Shown here piece by piece: positions 1 to 10,144 of a stretch of 36,332 nt of DNA. Under the pieces are notes generated by a model that was given only the letters and a program-made list of their open reading frames with translations, had not been told where the DNA came from and searched no databases. The stretch comes from a virus. Its lineage: Duplodnaviria; Heunggongvirae; Uroviricota; Caudoviricetes. A program made the position numbers and the translations under genes. How positions within the stretch are numbered: position 1 is the first letter of the stretch; every line of letters begins with the position of its first letter. The stretch lies in IMG/VR virus record IMGVR_UViG_2721755676_000006. The stretch is one strand, 5' to 3'.

Positions 1-258
1 ATGCAAACCGTTATTTTTGGTCGTCCGGGTTGCCCTTACTGTGTGCGTGCAAAAGATCTGGCTGAGAAATTGAGCAATGAACGCGATGATTTTCAGTATC
101 AGTATGTAGATATTCGTGCGGAAGGGATCACTAAAGAAGATCTACAACAAAAGGCAGGTAAACCCGTAGAAACCGTGCCGCAGATTTTTGTCGATCAGCA
201 ACATATCGGCGGCTATACCGATTTTGCTGCATGGGTGAAAGAAAATCTGGACGCCTGA
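1..258 (+). CDS. grxA: glutaredoxin 1
   Basis: 85-aa ORF with CPYC redox motif near the N-terminus; ATG at 1, TGA at 256-258; size and sequence typical of enterobacterial GrxA. Confidence 0.9.
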   Translation: MQTVIFGRPGCPYCVRAKDLAEKLSNERDDFQYQYVDIRAEGITKEDLQQKAGKPVETVPQIFVDQQHIGGYTDFAAWVKENLDA

Positions 259-268
259 TCGTCTGACA

Positions 269-287
269 AGCCCTCGCGTTGAGGGCT
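269..287. terminator. hairpin between convergent grxA and ybjM (AGCCCTC-loop-GAGGGCT) followed by T-rich tract
   Basis: 7-bp GC-rich inverted repeat read directly, T-run at 295-300; sits between two convergent stop codons. Confidence 0.45.
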
Positions 288-665
288 TTACTGATTTTTT
301 CTGTGCTGTGGTTTAAACAAACTACTGATAAATAAGAAACACAGTGCCCCCAGCGCACACCAGAACACCGCGCTTAGTAACCATGCCAGCTCTTGCCAGA
401 ATGAGCGCGTCGGTGAAAAAAACAGCCGCATAATGAGCATCGAACAGGGTGCCGCCAGCATTGCGCCAAACAGAGGTTTCAGGACTTCTCTACGCTGTGA
501 AAAGAAGCTGGCGACTGCTCCAGGAAGAATGAAAAATAGCAAGCCGATTTCAGGATGCCCGGCAGCCCGAAAAGCGCCTTTCATGTGCGTCGCCAGAAAA
601 AGGCACACCACAATGAAGAGGACAAAACAGCAGATTGCCCCCGCCCAACGTTGTTTATGTTTCAC
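288..665 (-). CDS. ybjM: inner membrane protein YbjM (GTG start)
   Basis: 125-aa hydrophobic ORF convergent with grxA; matches the grxA-ybjM-ybjL neighbourhood of E. coli. Confidence 0.75.
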   Translation of the reverse strand: MKHKQRWAGAICCFVLFIVVCLFLATHMKGAFRAAGHPEIGLLFFILPGAVASFFSQRREVLKPLFGAMLAAPCSMLIMRLFFSPTRSFWQELAWLLSAVFWCALGALCFLFISSLFKPQHRKNQ

Positions 666-934
666 TCGTTCCTCCTGACACTGCGTCTATCGAACACATT
701 TTTCGCCAGTGTGGCGTTCAGTAAGATAAAGCCGCTTCGCATTCCATGCTAATATAGGCCAACGCAATTCATATAGCCGTTGATACCTAATGTGATTACA
801 CTAGTAAAATATATTGTTACTTTACTATCGTTTAGGTGCGCTGAATGAATCTGCGCCCTGAATTCTGGTAAAAAACATTATCGTAAATTACCATTTCTTT
901 CAACAGCTTACTAGTAAACAAGAAGTTAGCCTCC

Positions 935-2620
935 GTGAATATAAACGTCGCCGAATTGTTAAATGGGAATTACATTCTGTTATTATTTGTGGTCCTCGCG
1001 CTTGGGCTATGTCTCGGAAAGTTACGACTTGGTTCGATCCAACTGGGTAATTCCATTGGCGTTTTAGTCGTATCGCTGTTATTAGGCCAACAACATTTCA
1101 GCATTAACACCGATGCGCTTAATCTTGGCTTTATGCTGTTTATTTTCTGCGTCGGGGTCGAAGCCGGACCGAACTTTTTTTCCATTTTTTTTCGCGATGG
1201 GAAAAATTACCTAATGTTAGCACTGGTGATGGTTGGCAGTGCGCTGGTGATCGCCTTAGGGTTAGGTAAGCTGTTTGGCTGGGATATTGGCCTGACGGCC
1301 GGTATGTTAGCAGGCTCTATGACGTCGACACCGGTTCTGGTCGGTGCTGGCGATACACTGCGTCATTCCGGCATGGAAAGCAGGCAGCTCTCACTGGCAC
1401 TGGATAATCTGAGCCTCGGGTATGCCTTAACCTATTTAATCGGTCTGGTGAGTTTGATTGTTGGTGCGCGTTACTTGCCGAAATTGCAGCATCAGGACTT
1501 ACAGACCAGCGCCCAGCAAATCGCCCGCGAACGTGGCCTGGACACTGATGCCAACCGTAAGGTTTATTTACCGGTGATCCGCGCCTATCGCGTCGGCCCG
1601 GAGCTGGTGGCCTGGACCGACGGCAAAAATCTGCGTGAACTGGGTATTTATCGACAAACCGGCTGCTACATTGAACGTATTCGACGTAACGGGATTCTGG
1701 CAAATCCAGACGGTGATGCCGTGCTACAAATGGGCGATGAAATAGCGTTGGTAGGCTATCCCGACGCCCATGCCCGACTCGATCCCAGCTTCCGTAACGG
1801 TAAAGAAGTTTTCGATCGTGACCTTCTCGACATGCGTATCGTCACTGAAGAAGTGGTCGTTAAAAACCATAACGCTGTAGGTAAACGTCTCGCACAACTG
1901 AAGTTGACCGATCACGGTTGCTTCCTTAACCGCGTCATTCGTAGCCAGATTGAGATGCCGATAGATGACAACGTCGTGCTTAACAAAGGTGACGTTTTAC
2001 AAGTCAGCGGTGATGCCCGTCGCGTAAAAACCATCGCCGATCGCATCGGCTTTATCTCGATTCACAGCCAGGTCACTGACCTGCTGGCATTTTGCGCCTT
2101 CTTTGTTATTGGGCTGATGATCGGGATGATCACCTTCCAGTTCAGCACATTCAGTTTCGGCATGGGGAACGCTGCCGGGTTGTTATTCGCCGGAATTATG
2201 CTGGGCTTTATGCGTGCTAACCACCCGACCTTCGGTTACATTCCGCAAGGTGCATTAAGCATGGTGAAAGAGTTCGGCTTGATGGTGTTTATGGCAGGCG
2301 TTGGTCTGAGCGCCGGTAGCGGTATTAATAACGGCCTGGGCGCGATTGGCGGTCAGATGTTGATTGCCGGATTAATTGTCAGTCTTGTGCCCGTGGTTAT
2401 CTGTTTCTTGTTCGGTGCTTATGTATTGCGAATGAACCGCGCACTGTTGTTCGGCGCAATGATGGGCGCACGCACCTGCGCGCCGGCAATGGAGATCATC
2501 AGTGATACAGCTCGCAGTAACATCCCTGCGCTGGGCTACGCGGGCACCTACGCAATCGCCAACGTCCTGCTGACGCTGGCAGGGACAATCATCGTCATGG
2601 TATGGCCAGGATTAGGATAA
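935..2620 (+). CDS. ybjL: putative AAE-family transporter YbjL (two membrane domains flanking TrkA-C-like soluble domains; GTG start)
   Basis: 561-aa ORF with hydrophobic N- and C-terminal halves and a central soluble region; chromosomal context. Confidence 0.85.
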
Positions 2621-2732
2621 AACTGAAGTTGCCCTGAAAATGAAATTTTTTTGCACAACCGCAGAACTTTTCCGCAGGGCATCAGTCTTAATTAGTGCCA
2701 CTGCTTTTCTTTGATGTCCCCATTTTGTGGAG

Positions 2733-2775
2733 CCCATCAACCCCGCCATTTCGGTTCAAGGTTGATGGGTTTTTT
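2733..2775 (+). terminator. intrinsic terminator-like hairpin (CCCATCAACC ... GGTTGATGGG) plus TTTTTT
   Basis: 10-bp perfect inverted repeat with 17-nt loop followed by T6 at 2770-2775; lies in the ybjL-prophage junction interval. Confidence 0.5.
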
Positions 2776-2855
2776 GTTGCCTGAAATTTAAGCTGTTTAA
2801 AATCATGATGTTAGAAGCACTGTTTTTTAACGATGGCGACAAAATGGCGGCAGCG

Positions 2856-3074
2856 TCAAAGAGAGAGCGCCACCTGTCCTGATTTCATTGGATGCGGCTG
2901 AACCGGATTTGACTCTTTTGGCGTTGCAATCGAACGAACAAAAGTTTCATGGGTAACAAAAGTATGGCTGCAGTTAATGTTCTGGCACTGGTTGTAACGC
3001 TCTTTGGTCAATGAAGATACCTGAAAACTGCTGCGAGTATGGGCGGCACTTCCACACAGTGGGCAAATCATCAT
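2856..3074 (-). CDS. ogr: Ogr/Delta-family zinc-finger late-gene transcription activator
   Basis: 72-aa product MMICPLCG...C..C with the CxxC-N22-CxxxxC arrangement typical of P2 Ogr; ORF track start (GTG 3107) trimmed to tandem ATGs at 3074/3071. Confidence 0.85.
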   Translation of the reverse strand: MMICPLCGSAAHTRSSFQVSSLTKERYNQCQNINCSHTFVTHETFVRSIATPKESNPVQPHPMKSGQVALSL

Positions 3075-3164
3075 TTTTCGAGTTCTCCCCATTTTTGCTA
3101 AATTCACAATAATGATACCGCATTATTCCATTTTGAAAACTTAAAAGTTCTCCATTGCGAAGAA

Positions 3165-4265
3165 TCATTCCATTTCGAAATCATCAATCCTCACTTCAAG
3201 CTCCAGACTGGTCGTAAAACCGTTATCCGGGCTGACGGTATGCGTCAGAGTCGTAATGGTCCATTCCGCATCATCTATCGGCTGTTTAAAACCACTGACC
3301 TTCACAGGCATTTCCGTGTAGAGATCTGCCCGCCCTTCTGCCAGTTGTAGCGAAAATGACGCAACGCCGCGTTGCAGGCGTTCCCACTGCATTTTCGCCG
3401 CTCGTTCGGCGTTGCTCCGGTTGGCATAAGTGCGATTAAGTACCAGCACGTTTTCATCCGTACCCACCAGGTAATCGCCCTGCTTCGCTTCTGGCTCTTT
3501 CTTCTGCTTCTTAGTTCTGCGCTTACGCTTCACCGTGGTGCTTTCTTTCTTCGCAGGTTCGCGGGTATGCAACCAGCTGGCAATTACGCCCGTGTAGGCT
3601 CCGCGATCTGCCAGGGTAAATCGGTGACTGTCGCCGTCCTTGCGTGTGATAGTGATCACTGGCAGAGGTTTACCAGTGGCGCTTTTGCCCTGCCCCTGCC
3701 GGATGAATAACAGATTGCCATTTTTCACCGACGCGATGGCACCGTACTGTCGCGCCAGCCGCATCAGAAAACTGCCGTCACTCTCATTAGTCTGGTCTAT
3801 ATGCTCCACGGGCTTATCCGACAGGTCTTTACCCAGTGCCATCTTCAGCTTGTGCCGCGCGGCTATTTCCTTCACCACTTCCCCGACGGTGGTCTTATGC
3901 CACGATTTTTCACGGCGGGTATTCAGCGTTTCCCGAAAATCAGCACTTCGCGCCCGGATAGTCAGGCGGTCCGGTGCGCCAGTGTGTTCAATCTCGTCCA
4001 CCGTGAATGTCCCTTTCGGGAAAAGCGGCTGCCCCTTCCAGCCCAGCGCCAGCGTAATGACCGCACCACGGCGCGGCAGCACGATTTTTCCGTCGGCGTC
4101 GTCCAGCTCCAGATCAAGCTGGTCCGCGTCAAAGCCCCGATTGTCCGTCAACGTCAGACTCATCAGACGGTTATCCAGCACAGTAGTGATATCCCTGCCC
4201 TCAATACTGATGCTGAATGCGGGAGTTTTGTTGCCTTTGTTAAGCAGTTCAGAGCTGAAATTCAC
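3165..4265 (-). CDS. D: tail protein D (late control gene D family); GTG start with GGGAGGG RBS
   Basis: 366-aa ORF with P2 gpD-like blocks (RLMSLTLTDNRGF, WKG, FLMRLARQYGA); position between ogr and U. Confidence 0.85.
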   Translation of the reverse strand: MNFSSELLNKGNKTPAFSISIEGRDITTVLDNRLMSLTLTDNRGFDADQLDLELDDADGKIVLPRRGAVITLALGWKGQPLFPKGTFTVDEIEHTGAPDRLTIRARSADFRETLNTRREKSWHKTTVGEVVKEIAARHKLKMALGKDLSDKPVEHIDQTNESDGSFLMRLARQYGAIASVKNGNLLFIRQGQGKSATGKPLPVITITRKDGDSHRFTLADRGAYTGVIASWLHTREPAKKESTTVKRKRRTKKQKKEPEAKQGDYLVGTDENVLVLNRTYANRSNAERAAKMQWERLQRGVASFSLQLAEGRADLYTEMPVKVSGFKQPIDDAEWTITTLTHTVSPDNGFTTSLELEVRIDDFEME

Positions 4266-4747
4266 GACAGCAGCCCTCCCACCGTTTTACTGATATCACT
4301 TAAGGCAGATGTTGCCGTGTCCTGCAGATTATTCAGTTGCGTACTGAGATCACCGAACATATCGGACAGGGATTCATCCACCCGTTTGAGCGACAGGGTG
4401 AACTCAATCCGGCGCGGCATACCATCGCGGAAAAACTCCGTTTTAGTCTGATTCAGTCCCTCAATCACATACATGCCATAAATCGTGCCGCTGCCTTCAA
4501 TCAGGGGCCATGCTTTCCCCTGTTCTGCCATCTGCTCCAGTGCCAGCAACGACAGCCTGCCGCCTGTTATCTCCGGCATAAGAACACCAGAAAGCGTCAG
4601 CATGTCGTTGTCCGGTCCCAGAAACTGCGTGGACGGACGACGATTTACCCGACTGTTTGCCGCATGTCGCCAGCTGCGTTGATACTGCAGCTCCTGATAC
4701 GGTACGGTGCGCAGCATAAACACGTACAATCCCAGCACCATCATCAT
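4262..4747 (-). CDS. U: tail protein U
   Basis: 161-aa ORF starting MMMVLGLYVF..., P2 gpU-like; stop overlaps D start, start overlaps T stop (ATGA). Confidence 0.85.
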   Translation of the reverse strand: MMMVLGLYVFMLRTVPYQELQYQRSWRHAANSRVNRRPSTQFLGPDNDMLTLSGVLMPEITGGRLSLLALEQMAEQGKAWPLIEGSGTIYGMYVIEGLNQTKTEFFRDGMPRRIEFTLSLKRVDESLSDMFGDLSTQLNNLQDTATSALSDISKTVGGLLS

Positions 4748-7700
4748 GCGTCGTATCCCCCCTGATCGCTGTAGTTACTCCTGGCTTTTGCCTTCAGCCT
4801 GCGTTCACGTTCATCAAGCTGGCGTGCCACCTCCCGCGCAATATCCTGCGCACTTTGTCCTGGCTGCGTCTGGATGATGATCTGCGTCGGTGCCTCAATC
4901 CGGTGAACGGGCGGCACAGCAGCTGCGCGACTCACCATCGCTTCACCGCCTTTCGCGGGAAGTGCCAAAGGATGCAACGGTGGAAGCTCTGCTGGCGCGG
5001 CAGCAACGCCCATCATTCCGGCGACAACCGCAGCCAGTGCAGCGGTATTTCTCCGGCTGGTCACGTTTGCCGGACCGTTGACAATTTCCGGCCCGTTTTC
5101 ACCGACAATGCCGAACTGCCCGCGCGGGATATACCCGCCGCTGTCATACATCCCCGCAAAGCCATATCCCCATGACGGAAAACCACCCGATGGCATTATC
5201 ACTTTACCGTCTGCATTCACCGTCGCAAGTTGCTGACGCGTCACGCTTTCCGGCAGTTTCGCTTTTGCAGCCTCTTTACTGACAATGCCGAGTTTCTCCA
5301 GCAACCAGGAAACGCCGGATTTCAGGGAGTCCAGCGGATGCATGACCATATTCAGCCCTTCCGCCAGTGCCTCTCCGAATCGCCGCCCCATTGCCGCTGC
5401 ACTCTGCAGTTCGGCAGAGGTCGACTTAACGGGCGTCAGCAGATCAGTAAACCAGCCCCACAGCGCCTGTACTTTGTCGCCAATCCACTGAAACACAGGC
5501 TTAAGTGGTTCGAATGCTGCACTGATGGGACCTGCCGCCGCTTTGAATCCTTCCACCACACCAGCGAGAAATGCGGTGATGGGTTGCCAGTATTTCCAGA
5601 CAACCAGCGCCACGCCCGCCAGTGCAGTAACCACAAGACCTATCGGACTGAGCAGAGCACCTAACAGACCAGATATGGCATACAGGGCAACGCGCAGCAT
5701 CGCCAGCGGACCGGATGCCAGTACTCGCAGCACCGCGCCTGCGGCAGCCAGTCCACCGCGTAGTGCTGCCAGTGGATTCATAAACATCACAGCAACAGCA
5801 CGTAAACCGGATAATCCAGACCGCAACAGTGCAACCGGCACACCTGCTACAGTTTTCAGGACATTCCCCGTCAGTGATGCCGTGCGGCGCAAAGACGACA
5901 ACGGCGCAGTAAGTAAACCCGCTGCGTTGCCCGATGAAGCAAGCCCGCGTCGCAGCAGTGCCAGTGGAGTGCCAGCTAACCAGGACAACGCGCTGCTGGT
6001 TCGTGTTACTGCTGCCGTAACGGAAGGTAACGTTTTGATACCCAGCACAGAGAATCCCAGACGGATGACTGCCAGCGGCCCCAGCACTGCAGCCAGCGCC
6101 ACCGCTAAGGTGCCGAGGCCTAGGGTAACCGCAGCCACAACAGCCGCTACTTTCATCAGTGTGCCTGTCAGTTCCGGGTTAGCTTCCACCCAGCGGCGCA
6201 ACGCCCCCGTGATGCTTTTCACCGTGTACAGAATATCCATCAGCGGCTGGCGCAGCGTTTCGCCCAGGCTGCTGAAGGTATTCTGTGCAGTGGTTTTGAC
6301 CAGCAACCACTGCGCAGAAAGTGAATCCTTGTTAATGTCGGATTCTTTCTGCATGGAGCCGAGCGCATCATTGCCCGCTGTCAGTTTTAGCTGGCGCTGT
6401 AGTTCCGGCAGGTTGTTTGCCAGTTTCGCCGCGTCATCGCCAAACTCTTTACCAAACAACATAGTCATGGCAGACAGACGCTTGTCCTGCGGCAGTGCGT
6501 TCACCTTCTCCAGCACACGCTGGATAGTTCCCATCGCATCCTTCGTCATCTGCTTTTCAATCACTTCAGGATTGAGTTTCAGCAGATTCATCCCTTCAAA
6601 GAAACTCTTGCTCTGCATGGTGGCAATGGACAATTCACGCACCATCGCGTTTGCTGCACTGGCTGCAACCTCCGGCGCAGCTCCCAGTGTCAGGAAGGTG
6701 GAACCCAGCGCCGCCGCTTTACGATAATCCAGACGGTCAGCCACACCGCCCAGGCGTTGCATCACATCAATGATGTCCGCCCCTTTCGACATGGCGTTAT
6801 CATCCAGATAGTTCAGCGCATCACCGAGCTGTTCAATATTGCGGGTAGGGATTTTGTAGAGCTGAGCGATTTTCCCCAGACTTTCTGACAGTTCATCCGC
6901 TGGCAGCTCAAAGGCTGTTGCCGCCTTTGCTGCTGTGCTGGCGAAGGCCAGCAGGTCACGTTTCTGGTCTTCCCAGCTGTCGTCAGGGTTTGCGACGTTC
7001 ATGCGCGCCCCACCTTCAACCAGTGCGGCGAAGTCCACCGCACCGTTTTCCATCGGCAGCTGTTCGCTGGCAGCCTTGATGGCATCCTGCATTTCATAAA
7101 AACGTGCAGTACGGTTTCCATTATCGTCACGCAGACCATTGACCTGCTTTGCCACACCTTTCATGGCATCTTCCATGCTGGTATAGCTTTTTACTGCCGC
7201 CATCACTGGCGTCCCCATTGCCAGCCCTGCAGCCGTGGTAGTGGCTCCGGCTCCTGCAATACGATCGCGCACCTCCAGCGAACGGGCATAACTGGCACGC
7301 GCCGCATTCATCCTGCGCTGAGCTTCACCCAGTCGCTTCAGCCGCGCCTCCTGTTTCGACAATTCCTGGTTATAACGTGATGTTTCACGGGCTAAACGGG
7401 CAGTTGCTCCCGCATCATCTTTCGCAGAAATTCCCGCCCGGTACAGTTCTGCACGCACAAGCGCCGTTTGCTTCTGCAAATATTTTTGTTGTTCTTCCAG
7501 GCGTTGGACTGCCAGCGTTTGCCGACCTAAAGCCACAAGGTGCCGTTGTGATGGTTGTTCCATCGCCTCCAGCTCAGAGCTAAGCAAATTAGCCTTCTGT
7601 CTGGCATAGTTCAGCCTGTCGCCTAACTTCTTGTTATCGGCCTGCAGCTTGCGAAATTTTTCCAGGCTGTTACCCGCCTGATTGAGTTGCTTTAATGCGT

Positions 7701-7821
7701 CACGGGAGTTTCTGATTGCGCCAGCCAGCTCTTTCGAACTGGCCTGTGCAGCACGGAATGGGCGGGTGAGTTTGTCAACCGCATTAAGAATGACCTGCAG
7801 CCGCAGGTTATTATTACTCAT
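4744..7821 (-). CDS. T: tail tape measure protein
   Basis: 1025-aa Ala/Leu-rich ORF with coiled-coil N-terminus and Gly/Ala-rich hydrophobic middle; position downstream of E/E'. Confidence 0.9.
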   Translation of the reverse strand: MSNNNLRLQVILNAVDKLTRPFRAAQASSKELAGAIRNSRDALKQLNQAGNSLEKFRKLQADNKKLGDRLNYARQKANLLSSELEAMEQPSQRHLVALGRQTLAVQRLEEQQKYLQKQTALVRAELYRAGISAKDDAGATARLARETSRYNQELSKQEARLKRLGEAQRRMNAARASYARSLEVRDRIAGAGATTTAAGLAMGTPVMAAVKSYTSMEDAMKGVAKQVNGLRDDNGNRTARFYEMQDAIKAASEQLPMENGAVDFAALVEGGARMNVANPDDSWEDQKRDLLAFASTAAKAATAFELPADELSESLGKIAQLYKIPTRNIEQLGDALNYLDDNAMSKGADIIDVMQRLGGVADRLDYRKAAALGSTFLTLGAAPEVAASAANAMVRELSIATMQSKSFFEGMNLLKLNPEVIEKQMTKDAMGTIQRVLEKVNALPQDKRLSAMTMLFGKEFGDDAAKLANNLPELQRQLKLTAGNDALGSMQKESDINKDSLSAQWLLVKTTAQNTFSSLGETLRQPLMDILYTVKSITGALRRWVEANPELTGTLMKVAAVVAAVTLGLGTLAVALAAVLGPLAVIRLGFSVLGIKTLPSVTAAVTRTSSALSWLAGTPLALLRRGLASSGNAAGLLTAPLSSLRRTASLTGNVLKTVAGVPVALLRSGLSGLRAVAVMFMNPLAALRGGLAAAGAVLRVLASGPLAMLRVALYAISGLLGALLSPIGLVVTALAGVALVVWKYWQPITAFLAGVVEGFKAAAGPISAAFEPLKPVFQWIGDKVQALWGWFTDLLTPVKSTSAELQSAAAMGRRFGEALAEGLNMVMHPLDSLKSGVSWLLEKLGIVSKEAAKAKLPESVTRQQLATVNADGKVIMPSGGFPSWGYGFAGMYDSGGYIPRGQFGIVGENGPEIVNGPANVTSRRNTAALAAVVAGMMGVAAAPAELPPLHPLALPAKGGEAMVSRAAAVPPVHRIEAPTQIIIQTQPGQSAQDIAREVARQLDERERRLKAKARSNYSDQGGYDA

Positions 7822-8250
7822 CGTTGGCCCCGCTTCTCTGAATCGCTTTATACCGCCATTCCAGCACTTCGGTCAGCGGCATAACGTCAGTAACGGATGG
7901 CGGCCAGTGAAAAATGGTGGCGATATCTGCCACCAGATCGTCAACCGTCAGGCTGTCGGTAAACCGGCAAGCACCGACTTCTTCAACAAAAAAGTGACAA
8001 CCTCAACCGACATGGCAGTGAGATCTGCCGGGTCCATCTCTGCAATTTCCTGTGCAGTCAGTACCGGACTGGAGATGCGGGGGATCACGGTCATCATCGC
8101 GTTCACATCCATATCCATAATGGCCTGCAGGCGTGTACCGCGCAGCGCACCGGACTGCGGTTTACGCAGCACAATTTCGGTAATTTCTGTTTTACCGCGC
8201 TTGATAGGGGTATCCAGTTGAATGGTCTTTTCAGTCTGCTTATCGCTCAT
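7814..8250 (-). CDS. E': tail assembly chaperone E+E' made by programmed -1 ribosomal frameshift
   Basis: Slippery heptamer T_TTT_TTG in the E frame at 7987-7993 (minus strand); the -1 frame is open for 58 codons to TAA at 7814-7816, overlapping the T start codon. Confidence 0.65.
7948..8250 (-). CDS. E: tail assembly chaperone E (zero-frame product)
   Basis: 100-aa ORF directly upstream of T, equivalent to P2 gpE / lambda G. Confidence 0.8.
   Translation of the reverse strand: MSDKQTEKTIQLDTPIKRGKTEITEIVLRKPQSGALRGTRLQAIMDMDVNAMMTVIPRISSPVLTAQEIAEMDPADLTAMSVEVVTFLLKKSVLAGLPTA
7987..7993 (-). other. programmed -1 frameshift slippery site TTTTTTG
   Basis: Read directly: minus-strand codons ACT TTT TTG in the E frame; downstream -1 frame has no stop until 7814. 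Confidence 0.6.
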
Positions 8251-8304
8251 TTTGTTGTCCTGTAAATTGGGTTCTGGCGCGGTATCCCGCGCCGTTCAGA
8301 TAGA

Positions 8305-8820
8305 TCAGAGGCCGAGGGCGTTGCGGTGCGCTTCCATCAGGTCTACACCGTCCACAATCTCCACCATGTTGATAAGGTCCACTTCATAGAGCACCTCACC
8401 ATTGATGGTCAGCTTCGCGTAGCTGTTGGTACTGGTCACTTTGGTGGTGTTGCTTTCGCCCGTCTTCCACTCGCCGGAATCCACTTCTTTGTGACGTCCA
8501 CGCACCACAAGCTCCACAGCCTGCACTTCCCCGGTATCGTCACGCTGGATAGAGCCGGTAAAGCGCAGCTGGATGCCATCCACCGTGGCTTTGCCCATCT
8601 GCTTAAACAGCAGCAGTTCAGTACCACCAATGGAAAATTCTGTATCCAGTGCACTGTCATCCAGTCCCAGATCCACATCCACCGCCCCCGGCATTCCGCC
8701 ACCGCGATACTTCTCATATTTGCGGGTGAATTTCGGCAGCGTCAGCGACTCAACGATCCCCTGCCAGTTGTTCCCGTCGTTAAACAGGTTCAGGTGTTTT
8801 AATTTGCGTGGTAAAGCCAT
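8305..8820 (-). CDS. FII: major tail tube protein
   Basis: 171-aa ORF, P2 FII-like, immediately downstream of the sheath gene. Confidence 0.88.
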   Translation of the reverse strand: MALPRKLKHLNLFNDGNNWQGIVESLTLPKFTRKYEKYRGGGMPGAVDVDLGLDDSALDTEFSIGGTELLLFKQMGKATVDGIQLRFTGSIQRDDTGEVQAVELVVRGRHKEVDSGEWKTGESNTTKVTSTNSYAKLTINGEVLYEVDLINMVEIVDGVDLMEAHRNALGL

Positions 8821-8829
8821 GTTGTCCCC

Positions 8830-10002
8830 TTACGCGCTGACCTGGCTGGCAAAATTCACCAGGTACTGATCGGTGATGCGCTGGCGCAGCATCAGATTTT
8901 CAAGTGGCGGCACTGGCGTGTAGTCATAGTCGATGGTGAGTTTTCCGGCTTTCAGCGTGTCTTTGTCGTTCACCGACTCATCCAGCCAGCAATCACCACC
9001 AATGAGATAGCCTTGACTGACCAGGCTGCGCATTTTGGCGCGGATACCTTCGATAATGTCGCGGGCCAGCGACGGGTTAAGCGGTTTATCCACCGCCCAC
9101 ATGTGTGCTTCTGCCATCGTGTCCATCAGCACCTGCGCCGTGCGGGTGTAGTTTTCGAAGGCAAAGAGCGGGTCATCACTCAGGCAGCGGGAACCCCAGA
9201 AGCGGAAACCGTCTTTACGCACAAGTGTGGTGACGTCGTTCTGGTTCAGCAGACCTGCATCGGTTGCCGGGTCCTGCAGATCCCAGAACACATCTGCAGA
9301 AATTCCGGTGACACCGTTCACGCCCACGTTGGACAGGCTTTTGTGCCATCCGGTCTGCTCGTCAATTTTGGCGCGCAGACCAAGCGCACGGGCGGTGGCA
9401 TATGCCGTTGCTTCGGCATTCAGCACCGTGTCCCAGCCAGTAAAGTCAGGCCAGATCAGCATCCCTTCGCGCTGGCTGAAGTTTTCACGGTAAGTGATCG
9501 CCTCCTGTACCGTCTTGCAGCCATACGCTGACAGGTAAGCAAATCCACGCAGGCTTTGCGCCACGCTCAGCAACTCAGTAGCTACCGCCTTGGTGTCGTG
9601 GCCTGGCACGCCGAGAATGCGCGGTTTAACGCCGAGCTGAGCCTGTGCAGATAACAGGGCTTTCATACCTGTTTTTTTACCTTCAGCAGTCACTGCGCCG
9701 ATGATATTGGTCGTGGTTTCGTCTTCCGTTTCACCCTGCGGCACACGCACAACAACGGTCACGGGTTTTGCCTGGTCAGCGATGGCATCCAGCGAACGAG
9801 CCAGCGTGCCTGACTCACCCGCTTTACCGCTGGCAGTCAGCACATCAGTGATCAGCACGGGTTTATTAAGAGGAAACATTTTTGCATCGGCATCATCGCC
9901 CGTGCAGACCATACCCACGATGGCGGTGCTCACCGTGGTAATGGATCGGGTGCCTTCGTTGACTTCAACAACGCGCACCCCGTGGTGGTAATCCTGAGCC
10001 AT
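8830..10002 (-). CDS. FI: contractile tail sheath protein
   Basis: 390-aa ORF, P2 FI-like; ATG at 10002 preceded by AGGAGG. Confidence 0.9.
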   Translation of the reverse strand: MAQDYHHGVRVVEVNEGTRSITTVSTAIVGMVCTGDDADAKMFPLNKPVLITDVLTASGKAGESGTLARSLDAIADQAKPVTVVVRVPQGETEDETTTNIIGAVTAEGKKTGMKALLSAQAQLGVKPRILGVPGHDTKAVATELLSVAQSLRGFAYLSAYGCKTVQEAITYRENFSQREGMLIWPDFTGWDTVLNAEATAYATARALGLRAKIDEQTGWHKSLSNVGVNGVTGISADVFWDLQDPATDAGLLNQNDVTTLVRKDGFRFWGSRCLSDDPLFAFENYTRTAQVLMDTMAEAHMWAVDKPLNPSLARDIIEGIRAKMRSLVSQGYLIGGDCWLDESVNDKDTLKAGKLTIDYDYTPVPPLENLMLRQRITDQYLVNFASQVSA

Positions 10003-10077
10003 AGTGGCGAACCTCCTGATTGGATTAGGCTTCGCCCTATGTTGAAGTGATTGTGCCTGACAAACAGCTAAGCGCAG

Positions 10078-10097
10078 TTGTACCGTTATTCACACAA
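10078..10097. promoter_or_regulatory. candidate Ogr-dependent late promoter element (TTGT-N12-ACAA dyad) for the FI-FII-E-T-U-D operon
   Basis: TTGTACCGTTATTCACACAA read directly, about 80 bp upstream of the FI start; the same dyad recurs upstream of V and O. Confidence 0.4.
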
Positions 10098-10144
10098 AAT
10101 GACGGTATTTGTCTGCTTGCAGGGATAATCAAAATTATGCTGAT

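Noticed and set aside
433-752. Plus-strand ORFs 433-678 and 555-752
   Set aside because: Antisense to ybjM, with no independent support
5525-6727. 400-aa plus-strand ORF, with other long plus-strand ORFs at 3372-4451 and 4855-5664
   Set aside because: Antisense to the high-GC tape-measure, D and U genes; Ala/Ser/Arg/Pro-rich low-complexity translation typical of shadow ORFs, with no RBS or start context
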